This document shows positions 11,801-21,925 of a stretch of DNA of 64,000 bases, one piece after another. Source of the stretch: Macrostomum lignano (taxonomy: Eukaryota); assembly GCA_002269645.1 (NCBI GenBank), contig NIVC01001626.1:124001-188000 (forward strand), in the 5' to 3' direction. Made by a program: the position numbers and the translations under genes. Each line of letters starts with the position of its first letter. The stretch's first letter is position 1. A model generated the notes under the pieces. That model made no database searches. It was given only the letters and a program-made list of their open reading frames with translations, and was not told the DNA's origin.

Positions 11801-12447
11801 TGCTGCCCTATGTCGTGTGGGCCTACAACAGCTCTGAGAACAGCTCCACGGGCGAGTCGCCGTTCAAAGTGCTACGCGGCATCGAGCCCAGACTGCCGGT
11901 CGACTTGGCACTCGGTGGGCAGCGCGACCAGCCGCAGGACTGCGCGGACCTGCAGGCGAGAATCAGGCGCGGCTTTCAGGTAGTGCGGGCGCACCTGCAC
12001 ACGGCCCAGAAATCGCAGCACGAGTTCTACAACCTAGGGGCAGAGACTACCGACTTCAAGACCGGTGACCGAGTGATGCTGACGCACCATGCGATGAAGC
12101 GCGGCCAGTGCAAGTCGCTGTCGAACCGGTGGTCCGGCCAGTTCATCGTCCTTAAGAAGGTCAGCCCTGTGAACTACCGGCTGCAGGCTGTGAACGGCAG
12201 GCGCCGCTTGCTGGTCCACCACGACCGCTTGAAGCGCTTTATCGACCGACCGAATCTGAGCGGCAGGCCGCCAGCCAAGCCGGCCACCGAGGACGACTGT
12301 CAGAGCGTCGAGGACGCCGCGGGCCAGCTGGCCGGCCCGGACGCCTGGGAGCCGCTGCGCAACCTGGACGCGGCTGAACCCGGCAACACGGTGCGCCGGT
12401 CGGGCAGGCAGCGCCGGCGGCCGGATTTTTACACGGCGACCTGTTGA
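8704..12447 (+). CDS. pol: Pol polyprotein (protease, RT, RNase H, integrase); protease and RNase H catalytic Asp appear substituted
   Basis: RT YIDD; integrase HHCC (AHDRPSAGHLG..CLVC) and D,D,E (LDIKGP, SDQG, VERFNRTL). Protease reads LLHTGA instead of LDTGA; RNase H reads CNSS instead of xDAS. Confidence 0.95.
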   Translation: MSARETAGSDHLPQVLWAGAQGLCLPIEGSGKLLRVGATGAGPTPTPRSNPVLHAIFIPGEANGKPCRWLLHTGAQTSLISDVALRELDGRCELKPADVRPVSVDGSVLELLGSVSITVRLSHQLRRQMDVLVVRGIRPNFILGVDFVSKAARSQFSIDQGAKTVAFDGEAVPFSDCDSKQDGPLSCCLVPTVIIAKVQGAVVVPPRSVKVVDVTTETKQAHGIFEPSQEFIDRIGVLPGRVFAVSSESGKIPVQVCNLSCSPVTLFSSQSIGTFESAEVIDEDEDVHEWRGPADQFNINPELPEEDSNRLAMLLRAFADLVSVHEFDVGTSSAAQHKIELDDGARPIRQRPRRVPHAFRRQVDEKLEQMRQHGVIEPSTSPWASNLIIVRKKNNDIRVCVDWRALNNLTVKDAHPLPHLHQALDSLAGCSWFFTIDMRQGFLQVEVREEDRPLTAFYTPSGLMQFRKMGFGMCNAPATYQRMMELIMTGLSWEEVIAYIDDLIIFNRDFESHVQPLSKVLHRLRSVKLKLNPGKSFFAYRSVTYLGHQVSESGIAPAAEKVEAIRRMPEPQSEEDVRRIIGMLSFYRRFVPNFSDIAKPLHHLAQKGAGGGFVWTSEHAAVLKKLKDALTQAPVLQLPDFSRPIVISCNSSAVALGAVLSQERDGQELPVAYASRTLSKAERNYSTTDRELLAIVWSLKQFRMYLSNSCKIQVFTDHKPITGLLNAKEPTGRLARWLQLIQEFPLEILYRPGKENIVPDTLSRAAAVQFQIANLPDEQDQDQVLHAVRHAVLQPNFQVPAAVSASVQKLLPCLTLSLSGALLHNGLPVIPQHMRAELLHQAHDRPSAGHLGQRRVLRALRERSWWPDMREDVRDWVRSCLVCQRRKRAPKRARAELVRQPLPAKPWAVMQLDIKGPLPVTESGKRYIICFVDTFSKWVEAAALSQIDAKTVAEALVTCVVLRHGVPEVVHSDQGRQFEAEVFKQTCALLGAEKSRTSPFHPSGNGNVERFNRTLGNMLSAFCSENQASWDALLPYVVWAYNSSENSSTGESPFKVLRGIEPRLPVDLALGGQRDQPQDCADLQARIRRGFQVVRAHLHTAQKSQHEFYNLGAETTDFKTGDRVMLTHHAMKRGQCKSLSNRWSGQFIVLKKVSPVNYRLQAVNGRRRLLVHHDRLKRFIDRPNLSGRPPAKPATEDDCQSVEDAAGQLAGPDAWEPLRNLDAAEPGNTVRRSGRQRRRPDFYTATC
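8794..8842 (+). other. -1 ribosomal frameshift signal joining gag and pol
   Basis: In-phase slippery heptamer G GGA AAC (8794-8800), 6-nt spacer, then a 9-bp stem GGGTTGGTG (8807-15)/CACCAACCC (8834-42). The pol ORF is in the -1 frame. Confidence 0.85.
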
Positions 12448-13732
12448 CGTGCTTTCTTTCTGATCGGGACTTTTTTCGCGTTGCATGAACTTTTTTTTTG
12501 TTTGCTTTTGTTTTATCCCGTTTTTTTATCCCATATTTTTCTTGGGGGAGAGTGATGTAGGGTTGCGTTTGGTTTGGGCCGTCGGGGTGGGGGCTGCTCT
12601 ATTAGTATATGTACTTGCATCTCGCTTTCTTCTCTGTACATGCCCACCACCCCAGTTGGGTGAGTCACTTTAATCGATCTATCATCGCTGACTATTTAAT
12701 CGCTAGTAAATTATCGTGCATCAAAATATACTTCGTAAACTTACTCTAAATTCTCGGCTCTTACAATTGGATCTACTGGGTGTTGATTAGATCTACTGGG
12801 TTGATTAGATCTACTGGGTTGATTAGATCTACTGGGTTTAGATCTACTGGATGATTGGATCTACTGGGTGTTGATTAGATCTACTGGGTTGATTAGATCT
12901 ACTGGGTTTAGATCTACTGGGTGATTGGATCTACTGGGTGTTGATTAGATCTACTGGGTTGATTAGATCTACTGGGTTGATTAGATCTACTGGGTTGATT
13001 AGATCTACTGGGTTGATTAGATCTACTGGGTTGATTAGATCTACTGGGTTGATTAGATCTACTGGGTTGATTAGATCTACTGGGTTGATTAGATCTACTG
13101 GGTTGATTAGATCTACTGGGTTGATTAGATCTACTGGGTTGATTAGATCTACTGGGTTGATTAGATCTACTGGGTTGATTAGATCTACTGGGTTGATTAG
13201 ATCTACTGGGTTTAGATCTACTGGGTGATTGGATCTACTGGGTGTTGATTAGATCTACTGGGTCGATTAGATCTACTGGGTGATTAGATCTACTGGGGGT
13301 TGATTAGATCTACTGGGGGTTGATTAGATCTACTGGGGTTGATTAGACCGACTGTAATTACCTTTGTGGTGGCTGGTTTAACTTCGCAAAAGTTACCCGG
13401 TTCCAGTTCATTTTATTGGGCATTTAATTAATCAACGACAGCAGTTAATTGAGGTGCGAACAGTTTCTGTCCCAGCGCAGCCTTGTGCCCTGGTTTCTGA
13501 CTGTCTCAGCTCTCAGTCTAGTTTATAGCTCAGAGCAAGCGGTTTATGCGGGCTAATTTACAGGCAGAGCGATCGAGCGAGACTTTAGCAAATTTAAGCA
13601 ATAGAAAAAATAATGAGTGCCAGTGTATGCTTATTCCATGCCTTATACATTCAGTGCAAAGCAGTTAAACTCGAAAGCGCTGAAGCTTGTGGCGCTTCGG
13701 CTCCAAACTTCCAGTCAGAAAATTCACCCAGC

Positions 13733-14162
13733 TCAAACACAGCCGTCTTCGAGATTTGCCGCTGCTTGATGAAGCTGATCAGCTGCTCCGGCGGCGGCTG
13801 CTGTTGAAGTCGCTGAAGCTGCCGTCGTTGCCGCAGCCTCGGCTTCAGGCGGCTCCTCCATGGTGGCCAGCTCGGCCTGCAGAATGGCGCGGGCCCGCTT
13901 GAAGCTGCCGGCCTGGCGGAGCAGGCTGGCGCCCTCCGCCGCCTCCTCCGGCGGCTCCTCGGCGGCGTCCTTCGGCAGCAGCGAGCGCGGCAGCTCTGCG
14001 TCGGTCTCCAGCGGCACGGAGGTCTGGCTGAGCACCACCCGGTTGGCGGCCGAGTCCGTGGAGATGAGCTCGGCCGAGTTGCAGAATGACACTTTGCGGC
14101 GGCAGTGCGAGGCCGCCTGCTGCTGCTCTTGCCGCTCCTGCCGGCTACCGCTTCTCATGCTC

Positions 14163-14164
<2 letters not shown>
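13733..14164 (-). CDS. Putative small uncharacterised protein (143 aa) with an RRKVSF motif
   Basis: Strong GC3 codon bias on the minus strand and a candidate upstream non-coding exon donor (GTGAGT near 14540). No recognised domain. Confidence 0.4.
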
Positions 14165-14199
<35 letters not shown>

Positions 14200-16985
14200 G
14201 GTTTCTCCTCTGCAGCGAATTCGCTCTGTCGAGTAGAATTGCTTTGGGCCGCGCCTGTCTCTGCTAATATCGACCAGCTCAGCCCGTGTGCCCAGCATTT
14301 CGGCCGTGCAAGGCTCATGTACGGAAGCCTCACCGGTTCATTATTGGTTCGAGCGAAGGCTGACCAATGTCGATTGGAGCACTTTGGATTTTTCTTACCT
14401 TATGCTTATAGTATTTGCTGGCTATTCCAGGGCATAATCTATATGCTATAGAGCCGGCTGCAGTTGGGTGTGACCGTGCAGGAAACCGATTGAGCTGAAT
14501 CCTCTAGATCTGCGAATGAACTTGGATTAATTTTACTCACTGTCGTCAGTGCACCATCGTCGACTCGATCGGAGAGGAAGTGAGAGTGATCGAGTGTAGT
14601 GTATGCGGCTCATTGTGTGAAATCCGGATTGGCCGCGTGCCGTGGTCAGCTTTAATACATATGTATATCTTAATGTTCGTACATGTACACTGCATAATTC
14701 TTTATTTACATTGATAGAATTCCACTTCTCCATATACATATACATCAAGAATCCAACTATACATGGCTCCCATGCGATGACGTTGCGAGGGTACAATACC
14801 ATGCAGATGCATGCAGTACCATGCATTAACTTATCTTCAGAAGTTCAGAACCGACGATCTTAACCGACGTAGAGGCGACAAACTATACACTTAGCATGTG
14901 AATGGTCGTGCGGTTTCATAGGCCAGTTATGCCCACATATATTGACAGCTAGGACATTGATTTCAACTTCAATATAAACTTTTTTCTTGAAACAGCATGA
15001 ATGTATGTATTGACATTAGAGCTTGAATACGCGTAGTATCAAAGCATGAAATGCGCTATTCAGAATTTTAATGGACATTATATTGACCCAAGAAGGCAAA
15101 TAATTATGTTTATGTACATGTATAGCACGACGAACACATCACATTTGCAGGTTTTATTTATAATATAATATCATGCTTCGTAGATCAAACTTGTCTAAAT
15201 CTTGTTATTAATATATATTTCCTGCGATAAAAAATAAAAGTGTATAAAGTACCTCACGAAATCTTCCTAAAATTTAGAAAAAATTAAATCATATTATATT
15301 TTAAAATTTAAAAAATCAATTATTATTATCCGAAAAATATCTGAATTGAAAAAATTAGGCAATAAGAGATCATTTTTTGTTTATTTTATGAATAGCACCA
15401 AAAATTTCAATTCTGTTATAAATTAGATTTTTAAAGCAGAAACAAAAAGTTGGACGACCGACGCTCCTCCTTCTCATACATCAAAGGCACGCTAGCACTA
15501 GCACAATTAGAAGCATCGGGCGATATCTTTGAAATACTACTAAATAAAGTGCTTTTTTCAATAATTAAACATGTCATCTCTACTGCATCTTCAAACGACA
15601 GGCCCACTTTTGTAAGTGTACCCTTTTTAGCATAATAGGCCTAGTTGGGCTGGGCCTACCCTGCCATTGACAATTGTCATTGGTATTACATCTTACATGT
15701 TATTAAAATTTTTTGGAAGATCAAACAAATATTTTGTGAAACCTTAATAGGTTTTGATTGCTTTTCTTTTAAAGCTTTGCATTTTTATACATATTTTAGT
15801 CTATTTTTTGCAAGTTAAGCTAGCCTATTGTCAATTGCAGTTTTTATTAATCTTTTTATCTTTTACCAACTTTTACCATAACTAATTTCTATGCTCATAA
15901 TATGTCTTTTTAGCTTTTTAATTCTTTATTTATAAAAATAAAAAATGCACTTTATTTAATATTTTACCCACAATACCTAAATTAAAATAGTTAAAACCTT
16001 TTGCTTTGGGGCTTTGCAGCAATGCCTAAAGAGTTGGTCTTATGGCTTAAATGCATGGGGTCCACAAAAAACTTTTTTTGCATTTTTACCAATACTTTTT
16101 ATGGTGACTTGACATTTTGTTGGCATGTATGAGCCATAAGAAAATGCTCATAAGTCTAGGAATAGGGATAGGCTAGGTCACCTAGTCGTGTCACCTGGTC
16201 AAGTCACCTGGCAAGGCTGGACGGCAACGAGAGGACCCAATGTGAGCCTGGAGCGAGGGGACCAAAGTTATGAAGTAGGCCCCAACGTTGCGGACGCTAG
16301 CCTTTGTCTAAGACACCCAATGTAGCTTGGCTCGCACCATCAGCAGCAGCAGCATCAACGATCTCAGCAGTACGCAACAATCAGCTGATCGGCTCAGGAC
16401 AGCAAGACCAGTTCAGCAGGAGTTCATTGTACTTCCCAACGCTCAATTGTTTGCACAAGTGAAAGTTAGAAAAGTTTAGCTGGCTGAAATTGGCTTGCAC
16501 TAAGAATGTCTGAATGTCTGGTTCTCACGAAAACTGCTGAGATCAGCGCCCAAGATCTGCAACATTGATACAGCTGCAACACTGGTGGAGCCGCCGAATG
16601 ACGCACAACAGCAGTGTCCAATTTCGCTGTTCACATGAAACTGGCACACAGGCATCCAAACTTTCGCACCAAAAAAATAATTCCCAGACTTTCTTGCAAT
16701 TGCGTTGATCTAGAACTCTTTTGCTACAATTGCTATTGGTTTGAAATAACGCTGACTGAGGCAAATTTTGTTGTATAAATATAAGTGCAGAAAAGTAGAA
16801 ATGGGCCAACTTGCAAGCGAGCAAACTGACGGCCTAACAACTATTGTTTGAACAAAAACTTGTGTTCTAAACTTTCGATTGAACAGTAAAGCCAGTAAAG
16901 TTGAAAGGCTAATTGAAATCAAAAGGAGGCGCAAGCAAACATATTTAGCCGCTTAACTCGACAGGCGCGCAACCTCCTATATTGT

Positions 16986-17037
16986 TTCCCTGACCGGGAG
17001 TCGAACCTGGGCTACCTGGGTGAAAACCAGGGATCCT
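16986..17037 (-). pseudogene. 5'-truncated tRNA-Glu(TTC) copy, inverted and 3 nt from the intact tRNA
   Basis: Minus strand reads AGGATCCCTGG-TT-TTC-AC-CCAGG..GGTTCGACTCCCGGTCAGGGAA. The 5' acceptor strand and most of the D-arm are missing. Confidence 0.8.
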
Positions 17038-17040
17038 CTT

Positions 17041-17112
17041 TCCCTGATGGTCTAGCGGTTAGGATTCCTGGCTCTCACCCAGGCGGCCCGGGTTCGACTC
17101 CTGGTCAGGGAA
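17041..17112 (+). tRNA. tRNA-Glu(CTC)
   Basis: Complete 72-nt cloverleaf: acceptor TCCCTGA/TCAGGGA, anticodon stem CCTGG/CCAGG with CTC, T-loop TTCGACT. A TTTT terminator lies at 17131-34, and CCA follows genomically at 17113-15. Confidence 0.93.
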
Positions 17113-18686
17113 CCATTGTAACAGGTAGGATTTTGTGTCCATCCTGCCTGCACCTTCTGCTCATGTCAGATAACAAAGAATTGAACTTGAAGCACGGTTT
17201 TCTAGGCCCAGGCTGCTGCGGCCTACAGCCCAGCCAAGGCAATAGCCATGCCTTTAGGCCCGCAGATGCGGGCAAGAGGAAAGTGAAGCGAGCGCCTCCA
17301 CTGTCTCTCCTTTTATTTAAAACACTACAGAACAGGCGCGTGGGAACGGAAACTCTTACAGGCTACATAGAACAAAATGCGAATTATGCGGCAAGTTTTA
17401 GGTGCAGCCGTCCTTTGCAAATATGACTGCATTCTATGCAGCTCATAGCATGCACTAAAATGTATTTAGAATTGACTATAAAAGTCAATGCAAAATGTTT
17501 GCTTAAATACAAAAGATCCCATTGGAGCAAATAAAGATTTTTGCAGATAGTGTCTGGCGCACTTGTGAAAAATTGCCTACACAGCTGCGTAGAAAGAAAC
17601 TATATCTGTAACATTAGTATAAGTATATAAATATATAACAAGCAGTACATCCTTGTGCCCCTGCACTAGCACCTTTTGTCTTGTATGCTTTATAAATTTA
17701 TGTTTTATAATACATTTACATGTATAATTTACCACCTGATTAGAATGATTGCATGTTTGCACTCTTTTTCTTAAAACCAATAGTGCATCTGCACCCCTAG
17801 CAAGAATGTCTGTAACTTTTTAAAATTCATTTTAATAAACCCTCTAAGGGGAAGAATATTTTCCTAAATTATACTTATAGAAGCAAATGCAGATATTAAT
17901 AATCTAAATTGTGCAAGTGGCTATCAGACAAGCTCACAAGCAATGATTTATGACCCTAAAAATAGCAAAAACATATCTATGTTATCATGACTATAAGTAT
18001 AGCAAAATCATATAGCTATAACTTTGATAATTGTAGCTTTTTAAAAATTAAGCCTGTTTATTTACTGTATTGCATATATTTATAGTTTGTAAATTTAAAA
18101 CTCAACTTAGCTAATAGTTATATTATATATACAAAGTGCAATAAATGGTTTGCCTACCTACCAAAACCTACCAAACCTACCTACCAAAATAGTTTTATGG
18201 TAGATAGATAGGTATATGTGCAATTGTAGGGATCTTATAATATTTTTTCAAGTTCCTAAATTTTACTTTGAAGTCCTACTAATAATAGATCAGTACTTAA
18301 TAAAACAATATTTTATTGTTAATCCTCTTTTTTATCTTTTTTTATTTTGACTTCTTTTATACTAAAAAATGTGATGTTTATATACATGTGATAGATTAGA
18401 AAAAATTTTTCTATTTTTTTAGAAAAACAAGACAAGACTCTACTAAAGCTTAGATTAATCTCAATGAATTGTTTGTCAAAATTTCCAGCTTTAGATAAAA
18501 CTGTCACTGCAAAAGTATTTTATACTGATATTGACTTTTGCCAAAGTGGGGTTGAAACCTTTATTATAGACTTTAATGAGGGACTCATGACTTGCCAATA
18601 TGTAGATAAAAGGCAAATTTCAGTAAAAAGTAAGTTTCTTGCCCCTATTGGAAAAAAGCTTCTAAATGGTGGATAGCCATCTGGTA

Positions 18687-19989
18687 TGAAGGGCACTAGA
18701 TAAGTTTCTAGCTGTGGTCAATTATAAAGATGAAACTTTCAGAGCTTTTCAAAGTACTCTTCATCAGCTTGGATGCACCGCCTCATCCGCTCAAACCAAG
18801 TTTCAAAGCAGTGGCGCCACTCTGAGTGGGATACCCCCTCAATGGCCGATCTATAGACATCAACAGCCTCTTTGGCGGAAGAAAATCGGCATCCTCGCAT
18901 GGAATTCTTGATAAATGGAAACAAAAAAAGTCACACGGTGCCAGGTCAGGTGAATATGGTGGATGATTGAGCTGTTGGAAGCCCACTGTCTGTAGAAACT
19001 CTCCAGTTTGATTTGCCGTGTGTGCACTAGTGTTGTCCTAGTGCAGCCAGAGACCTTGAATGCTGCACTTTGGCTGCGTCTCTTTAAGGCTGACTGATGA
19101 CACGCAGCAAGCAGATGGTGTAGTACCAATCTGCAGTCACTATGCGCTGGCTCTTGAGTGCTACAGTTGCAATGTGGCCAGTCTTTCAGAAGAAAGTTGC
19201 TACCATTTGCTTGCTAGTGCTCCGACCCCTGACAACCTTGGTCCAGCGGGGCTTCATCTTCAAAAGCCCACACATGCAACTGGCATTTCCACTCGGGTTC
19301 GTAGCAATACACCCACATTTCGTCACATGTGACAATGTCTGTGACAGACTTCGACGTCCCTCCGCCAAACCTATCTAGCATTTCCTGGCACTAGCTCATG
19401 CGGGCCTGCTTCTGCTCAGCAGTGAGCAAATGTGGCACCCAGCAACTGGTTAGCTTGCGGACAGCAAGGTGATCACAAAGGATAGAAGCAACTGTTGGCA
19501 ATGAGATACCAAGACATGCCTCAATCATTTGATATGTCACTGGCCAATCAGCCTCAATCATGCGCCGCACGTGGTCAATAGTTTTAGGTGTCATCACTGA
19601 AACAGGTTGGCCGGTTCAACCGTTCAACCTTCATCTTCCAAGCTGTCTCGGCCACACTTGAACTCCCAGAACCAGGCGGTGACAGTAGCGATGGATGGCG
19701 CAAGGTTAGGAAAGGCAGTAGACAGCCACTCATGGCACTGGTGAAATGTCAAGCCACTCTTAAAATCATAGAAAATCATGGCACAAAAGTGTTCAAAATT
19801 GAGCTCCATTACAGTGCTGAAAGAGTCACAGACCTTGTTGAGATAAAATGCAACAGTGAGAGAATGGTGACAATTAGGAGCATGAAACTTTGGGGATTAT
19901 GATAAAACTTCTTATTCAATATGCTCAGAAAATATGGCCTAATTTGAATATAGTTTGACCGCAGCTAAAAACTTATCTAGTGCCTTTCG
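18687..19989 (-). mobile_element. Decayed mariner (Tc1/mariner, DD34D-type) transposon, ~1.3 kb
   Basis: TA flanks both ends. Imperfect ~33-bp TIRs (tgaagggcactagataagtttctagctgtggtca / cgaaaggcactagataagtttttagctgcggtca). Confidence 0.93.
18739..19809 (-). pseudogene. Frameshifted mariner transposase
   Basis: Fragments in different frames carry mariner motifs: HTH N-terminus (MIFYDFKSG), WVPHLLT, HPPYSPDLAPCDF, C-terminal RCIQADEEYFE. Confidence 0.92.
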
Positions 19990-21127
19990 TATATTTTCAA
20001 AATGACCTTATGGTGTGGTGTGTTTTCTATGGTGTTTGGTACAGTGTGGTGCAGTGCAATATAACATTTGACATGGTGCTTACAATCTATATCAAAATGG
20101 CTATACATAAAATGGGCACATAAAAATGCCACACTGTAAAATATATTCTATAACAAATATATTCCAAAAAATCATAGAAACAACATGAAGAGCAAAAATT
20201 ACTATAAATGTATAGAAGAAAGTTTTTTCAGTACAATTAAGGTATGACTATTGTGACTGAGTAATCCCTTTGAAACATTTTTGCTAGACCCTTGATACAT
20301 GTTTGCACATTTTTATAATTTATTCTAAGAGGGTTTTTTGCAAACTATGCATAACTTTGCAATGCAATTATATATAATAAAAGTAAATTATATACAAAAA
20401 ATATATACTTGAAATTTTAAGAAAATTCTCATTGTTTTTATCAGGTTAGCTTCATTGCTCCCCAGTTAGGAAACAGCTTTAAATATGCTAAATCATGTTT
20501 ACTAAATTAAGAAGGAATTAAAGGCATAGGCTATATTAAAGATGGCAAAAAAGTTTTTATATAGTCTTCTTGTGTATTTTTTCTAAAAACAAACTTTAAA
20601 AATCTTTGTTGATTTTTTGGGGTATTTTGGCTGTATTGTATTTATTTTTATCAATGAGTAAAAGATAAAAATGCTAAGAATAATGTATTGGATATAGAAA
20701 TCAGTTAATGAGTTTTATAAATAAAAAAAAGTTTTTTTTGACAAAATGGTCATAGTGCTTAATAAGCAAATCCATTGCAAAAATGTTGCAAATAATACAA
20801 CCTATTAAAAAAGTACACAGGTCAACAATTTTTTTTTCATAAGGTACAGGTTGTTTTAGCTTATTCATAGTAATTTTGATATGCTAAATTCAAATATAAC
20901 CTTGTGTAGTTTAGCAAAAGACAGACAATATTTTTTAAACAGTCAGCCAATGAGGGAGTGTCTAGAGCCTTGCAGAGCATCTCATCCATGAGCCATTGGT
21001 CAATCGCAATAAGATATTGTTCCCACCACTGCATATCAAACTGGGCCTTATTAAGCAATCCACAAAGGTGCTCAACAAGCAGGGATAGTGCTTTGAGTAT
21101 GTTGTGTATTTCTATTACTCATTGAGA

Positions 21128-21366
21128 AGATAAATAAAGGTAAATATCAACATGAAGTATTATTTGAGTTGCCGATGCATTTCGTCCATTTGCATTAGGA
21201 CATCGTCAGGGTCTTTTTATTGAGAAACAATTTGAACGAGGCAGTGGTCAGTGGCAGTTCAAATTGTTTCTCAATAAAAAGACCCTGACGATGTCCTAAT
21301 GCAAATGGACGAAATGCATCGGCAACTCAAATAATACTTCATGTTGATATTTACCTTTATTTATCT
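21128..21366. repeat. Perfect palindrome (110-bp arms, 19-nt loop) with a minimal hammerhead-ribozyme-like motif in each arm
   Basis: Arms 21128-21237 and 21257-21366 are exact reverse complements. The motif CTGACGA-t-GTCC..GGAC-GAAA-TGCA-TC-GG is at 21285-21322, mirrored on the minus strand. A 13-bp direct repeat ctcattgagaaga lies at 21118-30 and 21393-405. Confidence 0.85.
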
Positions 21367-21925
21367 ACTCTTCATCAAGCGAGCCACTTTACCTCATTGA
21401 GAAGAAACTGAAGGCCAGCATATTTTGGTGGCTCCCAAGTCCAGCAACTAATGAGAGATGCTGATGACTAATCTAGAAAGAGCTGCATGATGCACTTTTA
21501 ATGAAGTTTTGAACAAAATTTTAGGCAACATGAGAGCTGAGAACTATCAGGGATTGGTAAACAATCTGATGGTTGCTTCTGAATGGTCAACATGATTTCA
21601 ATTTGACATCAAGCTGACCAGTAAATGTAAAATAATTTCACTAAAAAATCTATTTTGTGTAAAAACTTGACCTGGTGATTTAATCTTTTTTTTGCTGTAG
21701 ACCTGTGGTATGAAAAGTGAGAATTTTGTAAAAATTTCTAGCATATTTAATACAATTTTTTTTAAAATACAGAGGCACCTATTTTTGTCACAGTTTCAAG
21801 TTCTTTCTAATCGTGGAAAATAAAAGTTGTGAATGCATATGTATATATTTGCGACGCTTACTTACCTGATGTAAATTATTTGTGTGATGCTAATTCCTGG
21901 AACTAATTACCCATGCTTCTCACAG

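Larger units (their letters stand above)
7744..12765 (+). mobile_element. Full-length Ty3/Gypsy LTR retrotransposon
   Basis: 210-bp TG..CA LTRs (7744-7953, 12556-12765) with 3 mismatches seen. 4-bp TSD ATTG (7740-43, 12766-69). PBS TGGTGGCAGCG right after the 5' LTR is complementary to a tRNA-Leu 3' end. Polypurine tract gggggagag precedes the 3' LTR. Domain order is gag then PR-RT-RH-IN. Confidence 0.97.
7380..13348. repeat. 18-bp minisatellite (gattagatctactgggtt) split by the Gypsy insertion into 7380-7743 and 12766-13348
   Basis: The same unit lies on both sides of the element; the uninterrupted target variant (tactggatgattggatctac) recurs at ~12845. Confidence 0.92.
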
